Position numbers and translations under genes: made by a program
Shown: positions 29,101-44,100 of the stretch, one piece after another
Numbering within the stretch: the first letter of the stretch is position 1
Layout of the letters: every line of letters begins with the position of its first letter
Assembly: GCF_018977255.1 (NCBI RefSeq)
Contig: NW_024704752.1
Span: 9,300,001 to 9,364,000, forward strand
Direction: 5' to 3'
Source of the DNA: Callorhinchus milii
Taxonomy: Eukaryota
Length of the DNA: 64,000 nt
Notes under the pieces: generated by a model
Databases searched by the model: none
What the model saw: only the letters and a program-made list of their open reading frames with translations
Told to the model about the DNA's origin: nothing

Positions 29101-32100
29101 TTTGGCATGTGTCTGTTGACAAAAAACAAATACATTTGTCTGGTCTGTTGCATCCATTTGAGAGCATTTCCTCAGTTATTGTATCAGATTGCAAGAACAT
29201 CCTGACTCTCTTTACCATTCTATAAAGAACTGGACACTATTCAACAGCAACTTTCATTTGATATTGTGCCCTTCACGTAGGAGCGCTTCACAATAGTTAG
29301 ATTAAATACCAAGCAAGAGAGGAGGGGGAGGTGACAATAGGCGCAGTTGAAAAGGTAAGTATTCCTCTTAACATAACAACAACAACAAAATTACATTTGT
29401 ATAGAGCCTTTCATGTTGGGAGGACGTCCCAAGGCATTGGACAATCAGTGTTTCGGATCTGAGCATTCTGTGTCACTGCAAGAGGAAACCCTGAATGATT
29501 TCCCCCTCCATACACCAGTGGTACTGAATCTAACTGTAAAGTGAATTGACTGTATATTTGTGGGCGAAACGTGGCAGCCAATTGCACACAGCAGTGTCCC
29601 ACAAACAGTCGTGCATTGAAAATGATCAATTTATTATCTTTTGTTTTGGAGGGATTATTTTTGTTCCATTGCCTAGAATTATGTGGGAACCAGGGATCAG
29701 GGTTTAATTTAGCACAGTGTGGAAGTCAGAAATAACTCTTTGAACATTGGGGAAAGGCACTTTTCACAATCACCAAAATGATCCAGGTGATCTGATACCA
29801 TGCTCTGTGAAGACAAAAGGATCTTCTAAATGTTCGAGCAACATATGTAGATCCTCACATTACCTCCCGTCCAAACTGACATTGTTATTGCAAAGGCTCC
29901 ATTTTTCATTCCTGGTCTGTGCTGAGTTATACGAGTTGTTATAATTGATCTGATTTATATGATATATGAAGAATGAAATGATTACGTGACACTGAATCTG
30001 ATGGCAACATGGCCCACAGAATTAGTGGAGCAGGCTTTAGGGAATGTTTATTGATTACCTGAAAATCCTGCATGACAGGAACAATTGTAGCTTCTTATAA
30101 GGTTGGTGCACGTTGCGTTCTGGGAGCATGGATTCATGTCATTGCATTCATCTATATCTGTTGGGAAATTTGAATGATGAAAAAATATACATTAGTATGT
30201 ATTTCCAGCTGTCATGTAATGTGAGTGCACAGAATGCTTTCAGTCTAGTGTAGCCCACTATGTGGCTCTTTACATAATCCACTGCAAAATGGGGGTCAGT
30301 TTCCATGTTAGCATTCTCCAAAGACGATTCTATTCCCAATTCCAGCTGTGTTCTTGTTCTGACCCAACTGCCTGTTCCCGAAGTGCTGGATAAGAATAAC
30401 TTCCTTAATATAAACACTATTTCGCTGCCAGAGCTGTGATTGCAGCAAACAATAACCTCACATTTAAGAAGAAACTTGATGCATACACCGGGAAGAGAGT
30501 GGATTAGGAGTGGTGGAGACACCATATGGACCATAAACACTGGCAGGTATTAGTTGGGCCAAATGGCTTGCTTAATGCCATATCATTGTTTATAATTCTG
30601 TGTAATATTAGTTGCAACTACAGTTTTTTTTCAATGTTGTCTCACCTTCCTTTCATTTGTCATGTATGAAATGCACCATACAAGTGAAAATTGGTGTTAC
30701 AAACTTTGTAGATTGCTTGAAATTAAAAGGTGATTACCTGTGCACTGTTCACCGTTCCCACTCAATCCCGCTGGACAGGGACCACATCCAGAGGAGTCAT
30801 TGCAGTTTGCCCCAGGGAAGCAGTTGATAATCTGACACTCATTTGTTTCAGTCTGACACTCACTGCCACTGAATCCAGTTTGACATCTACAGCTAGCTTT
30901 CTGCAGGAGAGGAAGGAGTTAAAATGCATGTATAAGAACTCCTTTGAGTTATTTATGTGCTTTTTTTTGTATTCCATATTGACAGGCCGACTCATTTGGA
31001 AGCACATTTGAGTTAGGTTCAGAAGGTTGTGAGTTCAGGATATTGATTAGTAAGTCTACTAAATTCAACAAGAGACGAGAGACTTAGTGGCACTACGCTG
31101 GCACTTCAGTGCAGTGCTGGGAGTATGCTGCATTGTCGAGGTGCCAAATTTCAGGTGCGATGTTAAACCTGATCCCGTCTCACTGTTCAGGTTAAAGATC
31201 CTATGGCACTGTTTGAAAAGGGCCCTTGAGACGTCCTCCCGACGTTAGAGAGTTTCTCCTAGTGACCTGACCAACAATCCCCCAGATAAAACTGGTCATT
31301 TACTTAACAACTGTTTTCTCGACATAATCATGAGCTTGACAGTGAAGCACTTTAAGATGGCCTTGTGATGTGAAAGCCGCTATATCAAATACCAGGATTA
31401 TTATTTATTATTTAGAGCCTCTTCAATGAGATATGACTCATTGATGGTGGAGCCTCAGGTGGTTTTTAGTCTGCAGGTGGATTCCATCTCATAACAGCAA
31501 CTCGAAACCTTGTGTAGGAGCTTGTATAGGAGCTGATTTTCGTTTTCGCATTGTCTGGGGAAAGTTGTATTGGTTAGCTATGATAATAATAGTAATCCTT
31601 GCATTTGATATAGCACCTTATGACATTGAGATGTCTCAAAGCGCTTCACAGTATGTATTTTAAAGCGCACGACTGTGCAGTTTGTGGGCGTACAGGGCAG
31701 CCAATTTGTGCATAGCAATGTTGAATGCATCAATGAGCTCTCCAGACAACTTGAATTCACAGCCCACCCCAGCCAGATAAATGACACTGCCAACAAGAAG
31801 TTAGATGTACTTTTGGAAGAGCCTGTAAGGTACATGTCAAGGCAACTTGCAGCTCCTGAAGGGCACCTATTTTGGGCTGAAATCCACAATTATCTTATCC
31901 AGAAGCAACACTCCTGCAATTGAGAGACTGACAATATTAATGCTGAGATAAGCCCGCTCCCCCTCTAATAATTTTATTTCATTCCCTGGACAGAAAAGAC
32001 AGAGAGGATCCAGCACTGCTGTCCTACTCTGGCAATATGTTACAACTGAACAAGCCATGAAAATAGGACCAGAAAAAATGGAACAGAAGGTTTGCCAGGT

Positions 32101-35100
32101 GGGGGCTATGGATGAAAGGGACTTGGGCCTCAAATGTATTATGAATTACTCATGTGTCCGTTGCTTTAAAAATTACATGACACTTCAAAAAAGAATGTAG
32201 TTTCTTCTGAGTATACAAACCAGAATAATTCCAGATTAATTGGTTGTTCTCATGGCTGTTTGTGTAATAGTCATTACACTTTTCAGAAATTATTGGTGAA
32301 GCACTTTGAGGTGTTTCAAAACCAGAGTCCTGTAGCTCAGTGGTTAGAGCACTCGCTTTGCAAGCGAGAGACCTGGGTTCGATTCCTGGCAGGGTGAAAC
32401 CTTGGGCAAGTTTCCTTACTCCACATGCCTGATAATCCCTCAAAAAACACAATAATAAATTGGTCATTTAAATCCACGACTATTTGTGGGACACTGCTGT
32501 GCGCAATTGGCTGCTGCATTTCACCCACAAATATACAGTCAATTCACTTTACAATCTATTCTGTGAAGCGCTTTGAGACATCTAGAAGATGTGAAAAGTG
32601 CTATATCAAATGCAAGGATTATTATTATGATATAAGGAGCTATAAAACTGCAAGTTCTTTCTCGAGAACACTGCGATGTTCAACGTTGGTACTACAAGAG
32701 TAAATTGTCCTTATCATCCATAGTCATTGATGCTCAATTATTTCATGCCAATATTGGCACTTTTGAAGGACCTTCAGCAATGTTTGTTAGACGGATCAAT
32801 TATAACCAAATATTTTTCAGTCACAAACTGACTAAAGTATTCGAATTATACTCACGTAAACAGAGGATCCATTGATTCGCAAAGTTTCATTGAAGTTGCA
32901 CTCCCCGTTATTATTGCAGTTACAAAGCACGAGTCTGGGATGAACAACTGAAGATGCATTATTGGATCCAGTTGCTTCAATTTCTAAGAAAAATCCATCT
33001 GTGCTTCTTGGAATCCAAGTTAAAGTTCCGTTCGCTGTTGAATTCAAAACAAAGTTGGAGGAGATGGAAGGTATTTTGAATAAATCTTTCTATATGGATA
33101 TTTTGAATATAAATTATTCTCCAAGCCCATGGCATCTTTTCAATCTGATTTACGGCTTTACCTTTTCACTTTCTTTTCAGAAATTCTATTAGTTGAGGTG
33201 TGTACTCATTAAGTTGATGCTGGGACCAGGTTAAGTATAGTGCTCAATGCATACATTACTGCCAGGCTTGCAATTTCCGGTCTTGAACAATTTATTCTGG
33301 GTTTCAGGAGAGTTAAGTGTATTGGTATATTTACTTTCTCTAAGGGGCCTCTAATAGTGCTGGGGGAAAAGATCATCTAAATGCCAGATTTATCTCAATT
33401 CATCAATATTCCCAGCTACTCTGATGCCTGGTTTTTGAATAATGAAAATATCACATTGGTACAGAGGAGGAGGCAATTTTCTGGGGTTATCAAAAAACAT
33501 TTATTTTTGAGAGAGTAGAGAGAACTTTACTCTGCATCTGGACACCATCTCACTGACCTGGAAGCGTTGATGCAACAACAGCCAGGGGACTTTTTTTTAG
33601 GTTGTCTTCAATGAAAATATCACTCCATATATCAAGCAAATGGTTTTACAATGAATGCTGTAATTTATATCAGTACCTGTTAGATTCAAATCTTGGGAGA
33701 TTATAGCTGTAAATGTTCCTTCTGTTGCTGTGAAGTAGGAAGTTATTTTCTGCAGCAACACCCCCCGAATAACCTGGTTTCCTTCAATAAATGGTGGGAA
33801 AGAGCCTTAAAAAGAAAAGAGAATTTGGTGAATGATAACATTTGGTGTGTGTGTGTGTGTTTGCGCTCCCAAGGATTCTTCTCACTCAGCTCAAAATAGA
33901 AATAGAACTTTTGTAATTATAAGCTGTAATAGGTATTTATTTTAGAATTGATGGTTGATGCAATACTGATATTTGAGTAGAGTTATTAGTAATATCACTA
34001 CTTTTTTCAGTGTCAAAATAAATATTAACCTGCTTGGAACTGCTGTAAGTCTAAGGGCGAAAATTTACATACATCTATAAATAGCAAGCTTATTTTAAGT
34101 AGGTCATCCTCCTACCCCTACCCTCCAGTCCTCCTGATCCCCAGCTCGGATACACATCCTTGACAGTCCTGTACATTAGGACATCCTCCTGATGTGAAAT
34201 GCGCGATACAAATGTAATTTGTGGTGGTTGCTGTTGTGCAGCCACAAATGCTTACGTAGTGTACTATTCTGTATGGCAAATGCTGAGATTTGTGATGCTG
34301 TGGCCAACCCAATTTCTTCATTCCCTGTGGTTAATGAGTCAAAAATACACTGTGTGTTATTTTTGCACACGATGGCAATTGCTCCAAAGTTCGCAAACTT
34401 TCTGATGTCCTCCATAAAGACTGGTCGAAATGAGTCATTATGAGACGTGCTTAATCCAGTGGCTGTAAAAAGGGATCTGTCAGTGGGCACGGTCCCTGTT
34501 GCAATAGAAAGAGAATGATCCATTAGTTCAGGTTGATAGGTGTTACAAGGATATGGCTATGGAAAAAAATATTTGTGTAGAGAGCTGTACAGTACTTTTC
34601 TTTTGACAATGTTTTAACAAGCTTTCTTTTTGGCGTTTATAGTATCACATTGTTTAAAATAAAACATTTTCCACTTCTTGCCTAAAGCTACTCACTCATG
34701 CTGGGATACAGTTGCAGAAGTAGAACAGGAAGACATAGGTTTAGAGTTGCAAAGGGCAATTTCAGGACAGACACCAAGACCGTTTTTCTTTATCCAGTAG
34801 TAATTTATGATGGAACATTTTGCCGAGACAGGTTGATTGCGTTGAATCGTGGGAGACAAAGTTTTGATCCTTCGCGCATGCGCAGAAGAATTTCATTTAG
34901 AATCGATTCAATGCGAGTCCAATGCTTGCAGGTAAGTGTGTATGTGGGTCAAGACACATTGGCTTGTGGGATATGTAGTCTGGAACCGTCACTGCATTCG
35001 CACTTATGACTGGAGTGATGAATTACCGCATACGCACTTACCGGCTGCATTGAATTACCCATGCGCAGTGTTGATTATTGATTAACTCAAATTTTATACA

Positions 35101-38100
35101 ACTTGTACAATTTTGCCTGCATCTTGGACTTCTCATAAGTCATATTAAATGTGATGGTCCCGACTGATTTGATTTATGTGAATTTTACTGTATTAGGAGT
35201 CTCTGCGTGTCAGCAGGGTGCCTGGAACAGGAGTAAGAATCTGAATTTGTCTTGTTCGAACTCAACTCAGCACAGATAGAAAACAAATCTGGAACCTTCA
35301 TAAACTGTATGGCTGAGTGCCAGGGTCTGTCAACCTGGCTCAGTTGGTAAAACTCTCATCTCTGAGTCAGAAGATTGTGGGTTCAAGCCCCACTTTGAGA
35401 CTTGGAATCCAGCGCAGTGCTGGGAGTGTACTGCATTGTCAGAGGTGCCGTCATTCGGGCAAGACGTTAAACCTAGTTCCCGTCCGCCTGTCCAAGTGGA
35501 CTTTAAAGATTCGATGGTACTATTTGAAAAGAGCAGGGAGTTACTACAGATAAAAATCGTTGCTCAATCAATGGCTGTTTGTAGAGCTTTGTCGTGCTCA
35601 AATTGGCTGATGTGTTTTCCCACAAAACACACAACAGTACAGTATATCCTATGAAGTGCTTTGAGACATTTTGGCAATCTGATAGGATACTGTATCAAAT
35701 GCATGGATTACTATTATCACACTCAGCTTTTGGGGAAAAGGTTGTTGATGTATAGAATTACAGGTTAAGTGATGGAATATAGCATTCAGTGAATGATAGT
35801 GGAAAAATAGAAACGCTGACCAGTTTCTTCTGGATATCGAATGCGATAACAAAAGGCATATTTTAGAATTAGAAATAACTGTGATGTTCACTAGCTCTGT
35901 CAGTGTCCCACAGGACGGCAGGCGATGAAGAGGCAAAGAATTAGATAAAGCAGTAAGTGTGCTAAGGACCACAAGTGAACAGAGTATCAGCTAAATAATG
36001 GAAATTAGCACTGAAGAGTATTGCTTCAAACAAGTACAGCATGGAGGATAGGAATATTAAAATAAATTCAAAATCTATGGGTGATGATAACCGTCTTAAG
36101 TGACTAATTCAGTTTGTTTACTAATTTGCACTTTTACCCATTTAAACAAAATTACGAGTGTGAAAATTCCCTCCGCAGGTGTGCTATCCCATCTACTTGT
36201 ATAGTATACAAACCGGTTCACCATCAAATGACATTGCACAACTTTCAATTTCACGACAAATGACTCTGCTTAAATAAACATTTTGTTCTGAAACTGCTGA
36301 CAAGTTCTAAAGCAAACACGGTTTATGTTGAATCTTATTGAATCTTCCCTGGGATCAGAATATTCTTGATATAACTGATCTCCCATCTCGGATATATTAG
36401 CATTGAACTCACATGTTCTCCCGTAATCAAAAATAGCAGATTCCGTGCTGTTGATGGGTATAATGGTACCGTTTGGCATTTTTAAGTCATCATTAGGATC
36501 TCTGTTCCATAGACCTGCAAATAGAGAAACAGCAAAACAATAGTTTGCAATAAGTTGGATTTTGAGTAAGTGTTTCAAATATACCTTTGCTAAATTTGCC
36601 AAATACTCAATAAGCAAACCTGCATTATATTTATAGTGCGTTATAACTGGATTGTACTGCACCAACATACTCATTTTGGTTCTAGTTGAAAGGGTTTGGG
36701 GCCAATCTCTGTCAATTGAAATGTAGCTTACCAAATAGTCCTTCTGTTTTGTTCAAGTAATCTTCAGGTAAGAATACTGCGATGGTTAACATGGCAAATT
36801 TTGCTGTTGCTGTTAATGAAATTCCTCCATCAAAAGTAGCTGTGATTGTTGATCCGCTTGCACTCTTTTCCAGAGAAAAAGCACCGTCCTCATAAATCTC
36901 TTTACTGGTATCTAGAACAACAAAATATATGCTCTTACATCTGTTATTTATCTTTCAAATATTCTGCATTGATGAGGTACAGTGCAGCTGTAACCTTATC
37001 TCAAACACAAGTATTTTGTTGGGAGGGAGGCATAAAACAGCTGAGATCAGGAAGTCATCAGACAGCAGTCACCAGTGCTCTGTCAAACCAACTGCTATAT
37101 TTTGCCACTTTTGCAAAAGTCTGTACGTTTCATTTAAATCTGTTTTGCTCTTCAGCTTTTTCAGCAGCTGCTAAATGATGGGAATCCTCTGCATGCCACA
37201 GTAACCACAATGACTTTGGACATTCAATGGAGTCAGAAAAAAGTGAATTAGGCTCACCTTCAGCAAGAAGCACAAATGTTACATTCTGATCGTTCAATAT
37301 GGCATTGATGGACTCATTGTCTTTTAAAATTATCTGGAGCTGCAAAGAAAGTACATATCTTTAAACTTTAAGCCATAAACTATTGCCCTTGTTGAGTTTG
37401 GCAGCACAGTAAAATGAGGACTTGACTTTGATTTCACACTTGATCTTTCTGATGGACTTAGTGAGCCACAAGTTTACTTCTGGAGCCCAGGTTCAAAAAC
37501 AGCCCAGATTAATGGAATGAAACTGCTGCAATAGTCTGAAATTAACAGTTTGGACAGTTTTAACCTATTTCTCGTAGGTGTATGTTCACATCGAAAAAGG
37601 TGCAACAGATGAGCATAAGCTTAGAAATGCATTTCTCCTGCTGTTTCAAAAGGCTAAAATTATTGCTGGTTTGAAACATTCCTAGGCTGCAGGAGGCTGC
37701 TTTTACTACATCCATTCATTCTTAAGATGTTATATTAAGAGGTTACTCACTGTGGTATTTTTTGTAGACAAATGCTGAGCTGCAAATGCCATGAAGTTTG
37801 TGGCTTTAGCGCTACCAGTTTGTCCAGTGCGACCATGCAGCTTAAAAATGGTTTTGGTGCTGGAATCTTGCACATTGACCAATACGTAGTCACCAAGGCC
37901 GTTAAATGTGTAGTTCAGTCCATCTATGGTAGTGAAGTGAGGATCTCCAAGTGCCAAGACTGCAGAAATACAGAACGAAACTGAGGTTCACTTATGGTTC
38001 CATCAAATTAATCCAAATCTAAGCTTCAATCCTGCTCCTTATGTTTTAAAGTGCTTCAATACCTTCAACCTATAAATGGATTTACTTATGTTATGCCAAT

Positions 38101-41100
38101 ACATATTAATCGGGCAAATGTTACTCGAAAGACAGCATCTTGCATGCTCTTTGTTCTCTGCACTCTCACTGAAGTAGAGATCAATTGCATTGTCTACAAA
38201 CTGATTCTTTCTTGGACTTCAAGATTGTGAAACTCAATTTTATTTTGTGTTTTTTCTGTAAGATTTATAATGAATAAATAATGCTTTACAGTTTTACCCA
38301 GTTAAACTCCAACAGGAGCCAATGCATACTGTGTGTCCCCAAATCTTGGCTCTTGCCAACCTGGGCCTAATACTCTTTAGAATTTGGTAAGCAGCATGTG
38401 TCTCTCCAGGGAAAGAATACACATTTCATTCTAGACATTGAGTAATTTCATGTATAGGTTGCGTACATACGTGGAACTCTTGGTTTGGATACTCTTAAGC
38501 ATGGTGATGGGTTTCCTCATGTGTTAGACACCCGCTGACCAAAAAGAATTGTACTGTACTTTTCATGGAGTAATTGAGGGGCTGCTCCTAATCCCTTTAC
38601 TACTGGTAGTGATAATGGTTTGCTCTAGCAGTACAAGTGATGCATTACAATTATGTCTGGAGTTATCTGATTTTCTTTTTCTGGCATTGGTGGTATCCTA
38701 ATATAGCCTTGGCCATTCACCAAAGCTTTCTTATTATGAATCAGTACATAATGTGAAAGAAATTTTGGACTCACACTTAACAGGAGTTTTGATAGAATAG
38801 ATAGGAAGAAACTGTTTCCTCTGGCAAGTGGGAGTCAGTAACCAGAGGACACAAATTTAAGATAATTGGCAAAAGTACCAGAGGGGAGACAAGGAAAATA
38901 TTTTTTTTACCCAGAGAGTTATTACAGTCTGGAATGCACTGCCTGAAAGGGTGGTGAAAGCAGATTCAATAGCAGCTTCCAAAAGGGAATTGGATAAATA
39001 CTTAAAGGAAAAATTTGCAGGGCTAAACGTAGAAACAGGAGTAGGCCATTCAGCCCCTCGAGCCTGTTCCGCCATTCTATAAGATCATGGCTGATCTGTA
39101 TCTCAAGTCCAATTACCTGCTCTTGCCCCGTATCCCTTAATACCTTGATCTAACAAATATCCATCCACCTCAGCCTTGAAAATATGAATGGAATGGTTAT
39201 GGGGTAGGAACAGGGCAGTGGGACTAGATGGATAGCTCTTTCAAAGAGCCGGCACAGGCACAATGGGCTGAATGGCCTCCTTATGTGCTGTAAGATTCTA
39301 TGATAATAATAATATAATAATCCTTGCATTTGATATAGTGCTTTTCACGTCTTCTCGACGTCTCAAAGCACTTCACAGAATAGAGTGTAAAGTGAATTGA
39401 CTGTATATTTGTGGGCGAAACGCGGCAGCCAATTGCGCACAGCAATGTCCCACAAACAGTCGTGGATTGAAAACGACCAATTTATTATTGTTTTGTTTTG
39501 GAGGGATTATTATTAGGTGTGTGGAGTAAGGAAACTTGCCCAAGGTTTCGCTCTGCCTGGAATTGAACCCAGGTCTCTCGCTTGCAATGCAAGTACTCTA
39601 ACCACTGAGCCACAGGACTGATGTTTATCAAACATGCTGTGCAATATGTTTCACACTGATGAGTGAAGAAAGTATAAATTTGCAAAAGTAGCAATGGCAA
39701 AGCATTCTGATGAGGGGATATACTTCAGTAAATGATCAACTTGATAGATACTTTATATTTTATGTTATGTATCATTCTTTGTAATGCTCTCTCTGTACGG
39801 GGGGCATTTGAGGCCTTAATTCCATTTTTGCAGTCTTAAACAAGCCTCACTGATTTTCATGTCAGCAATAAAATTAAACATGACATTTATTATGGGGTTT
39901 CATAAGCATAACATCATTGCACTTGTAAAATTACCTGCAGTTGGTGCTCTGTATCCTTGACACATATCTTTTGGTCTTTTCATCTCATAATAGGAACAGA
40001 ACAATGGGTCGTCAACTTTTATGCAGCACCAGTTGTATGGATCTAGGTCGAATTCTGTCCAGGAAGATTGGTAATCAATAATATGAATTATATACTTTTG
40101 TCATGAGCAAAAGATAAATAGATCAATAGAGAATTAATATGTGCATAGAGGAAGTAGAACAATATTTCACAATTTCAAATGAACACTTACTCTGGTTATT
40201 GGTTAAGGAGGTTATTTGTCTGAAGGAAACCCAGTATCTCTCCTGCCACCCTTCAATGAGTGCATTCTTCCTGTTGTAAATGCACCTCAGACTAGCATTA
40301 AATGCATTTGGACCAGTAGGACGGAGAAGCTTGGTTGATGCATCTTTGGAAATTCAACAAGAGTCATTTAGTGTTGGTCATACATCACAACACAACCCTG
40401 TGTGGTCTCCTGATTGATTAGAAGTGACTCAAATTTTAGCTAAAATAAAGCATTGATACTTAATACTGCAATTCAATCTGCTTGTTAGTAGCCGTGTTGT
40501 TTTGCTGATTTCTATTGTGTTGCAGAGAGAAAGTAAGATACAGATCATTCTCACTTCCTGCATTCATCTATATGTTTTTAAGGAAAATAACTGGGTGAAG
40601 GGGATATTTCTATTTTCCCTCAAGGATTCAATTTCAACCCGAACTGGACTGATGGGATGAAATCACCACAATAACAACTTGTATTTATATAGCACCCCTC
40701 ACTCAGGATAACATCCCAAAGCGCTTGACAGTGACGGAGCACAACGCCGAGCCTGGGTGGAGGTCTTCAGTCGCAATCTGAAGATGGGGAATGAAGGAGC
40801 AAGGTGGAGGGATATAGGAAGAGTGTTCCAGAGTTTTGGAGCGTAGTGGCTAAAGATGTGACCATCGATGGTGGAACGGAGGGCATGGGGGACATGCCAG
40901 ACAATGGAGCCAGTTGAGCGGAGGCAGTGGGTAGTGGGTTTGGGAGTAAGCAGGTCAGAGAGTTGGGGCGGTGCAAAGGCATGAAGAGATTTGAAAACGA
41001 GTGTGAGGATCTTGTAATCAATCCTTTCGGTGATGGGTAGCCCTGGTATGATGGAGGTGCGGAGTTTAGTATGGGTGAGTATTGCAGATGGCAGAGTTTT

Positions 41101-44100
41101 GGATCAGCTGAATTTTGTGGATGGTGGAACTGAGGAGACTGGCGAGGAGGGCATTTGAATAGTTGAGGTGGGAGGTGACGAATGCATGGAAGAGTGGATA
41201 AAGTCTCCTCTGCCTGTTGACAGCAATGTGAATTGAGTTTGGATTATTTCTCTGGGTGTGGGCTCATACACAAAATACTATTAATTTGGATATTTCACTC
41301 AGAGCAGAGTCACAGAATATCATGCTGTAAATACAGGAGAATGGAGAATCTTCTGAGACTGACATCTCAGAAAGGTGCATCCTCAGTAGGACCATTTATC
41401 AAGCATTTAATAGTAAATGGTTGTATTTCCCAGGACAATCATCACTTATCTTTAATCAGAGAGAAACAAAATCACCAACAAGTTTAAAAAAAAGTTACAT
41501 TCAAAAATGAAATAATTAAAAAAGATTTTTTTAACAAGGATATAATGCCAGCAATAATAAATTATCTAATTTCCAAACCATGTTGGGGATTTATTTTTCC
41601 ATCCCACTGAGACTGCCAAGCCTGCCTGTTCAGACTGAGGGAAAACTACTATGTAGATTAACTGTCTCTGGATTTGTTTCACATGTGTTAATTAGTTCAA
41701 ATTCAAGATTGAGATACTTAAAGCAGTTAAGAAAGACAAAATAACTCATTATTTATCTTCAATAAACAGTTGGTGGAAATGTTACCTGACTTGAATTTCC
41801 GGAATCGATTTTCTGCCTGTCCTTGGTTAAATGTACATGGACAGGAAAATAAAGCCTGATTCCAGTTAGCTGGATCTGGCTCTGATAGAAACCAGTTCAA
41901 ACATTCTGCTCTGTAATTCTTCTGTGGACTGCCCTCAATTAGTTTATATGCCCAGAGGCCTTTCAAATCTGAAGAATAAAATTAAAACATAAAAGTACTA
42001 TTCCAAAGTTTGGAATAAATGTTTAATATTTAGCAGTATAAATATTAACATTATATAGATTTACAATTAGAATCTATACTTCTGTAATTTAAATATTATG
42101 CTATATTCCAAAGCTAACTCGCAATATTTGTTTTAAAAACATCTAGTTGTATTTTTTGTGAAACAGATGGTGAGGAAATAGTCTACAAGTTCTTTGTATG
42201 AGATGAACAGACCTGTATTTGTTCCTATATACTTGTCTGGACGATATCTTTCAGTCACAGTAAGTTCTGTTTGTTTGTCATTCTCAAAGTATCCGTCTCC
42301 ACTGAAACAGAAAATAAACGTTCAGGAGCTATAACGTTACAGTAATTGTGATGAGATTACTTGAATTGATCTGGATTTTTGGAATTATCTTTGTACTCAG
42401 TCGTACCCAATGTTTTTGGTCAGCCAACCAAACACATTTCTTTATTGAATTTTTCTTCGTTTATGGCCGCATTATGGGTATCGTGGCTCGGTAGCTACTG
42501 GAAAATAAGTATTGATTCGTCGCGGACTTGTCTGGACTTGTGCAGGTGTTTGGGCCACTTCTTGACATTCCAAGAAATCAATCACAATTGGCTGGTTGGA
42601 GACTCCTGCTCTAACTCGTGTAGTGTAGCTTTGTAAACATTATCAGTATAAATATCCTATTTTGGATGACAAATCTGACCTTTGGTAGATCACCTTTCAT
42701 TAAATGTTCTCCCCTCTTAAAGATGTGGTTCCTTGTTGGGTTACTGATCCATGGGGCACACTGGCATCAGCACTTTGTCAAACTACGAGCTTAATCAGTG
42801 ACTCAGTAGGACACTTAGCTTGGCACATCACAACCAAACACAAAAACAGTCAGGAGTGGGATCCATTGGTTGATTTCTTGCACCCTTTTCACATCAGTGG
42901 CTCTAATCCAATCTGTACAGGAGACTGAGAAACTTCTTACCACCCTTTCCCTTTCGTCTCTTCTACAAAGTGCTGTCATTGAACACCCAAGTTTCAGGTC
43001 ATTTATTCAATGCTTTTATTTTGTCAGCCGGGTGACTGACACCTGTGGAGACCCATTGCCATGCTTAAGAGATCCAAACCACCACCACCAACTTGCCCTT
43101 ATGTAGTGCCCTCTATTCAGGTTAACGTCTCAAACCAGACTGAATTCCATTTATGTATGCTACCTACAAATGAAAATGTTCCTGTATCTGGAATGGATTG
43201 AACTCTCTCCCTGGGGAGACACACTGTTTCAACCAAATGATGTCCTGTACTGTGGGCGTCCCCTTCCCTCCACGTAGGTTTCTGAATAAAAATATTTAAC
43301 TAGCTCCACACGTATAATTATGTTTACCCACACATACACAGTCATATCTTGTAAAATCACAGTAAAATCTTGTGAAACACTTTGAGATGTTTCAAAGATG
43401 TGGTAAATTCTGGGATTATAATGTTAACACTGTTGCCAATGTTATGGTTCGCCAACCAACCCAGTTTCTGTAGGGTAACATAATATTGTAGTTGGAGGAT
43501 TAAACGTACCTGTTGAAACCTATGAGAACATTTGTAGAAACGAGGGTTGATACATCCCAGTTCATTCCATCACACTTGTAAAATATGAGAACAAAGGACT
43601 GACTGCCATCTGTACTTAAAACTGCTTGGAAGGTGTTTGTCTGAAAAACAAGATGGTACTGTTTGTAAATGGATTGTTTGGATGCTGCTCTAATACAATA
43701 GTTTTTTTAAGCAAATAATAAAACAACATAAGTATAATATGTAATTCATAATATAATGCAACATCCAGCAATGTGTTTAATAAAATATCACATAAAATGT
43801 AATGTTGTGTCATGTAAGTTTCTTCACCCCCGCTGGATACTCCACAACCCTCTGCTACCTGGTCCAAGTGGTCAAAGCGCATGTATTAGTTAGTGTTGGT
43901 CAGTGTGTGCACAGGGGAGGTTCAGCACTGAACCTGATCTTGGCTTTACCTGATGTTCAAAAATGTTGATTTTTCAGTGTCACTGAATAGAGATCAGAAG
44001 CAAGAACATCAGCTGTTCTTATTCCTGTAAATTATCTGGAATTATGACTTCTTTCACTTCGGGAGAATGTCTCAGAACACTTTACAAAGATGGAATGGGA

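Noticed and set aside
32325-32400. tRNA-Ala(TGC)-like gene (also at 17895, 39619, 51648, 62916)
   Set aside because: Each continues into a SINE body and (TTA)n tail and lacks a proper acceptor stem and terminator; these are SINE heads.
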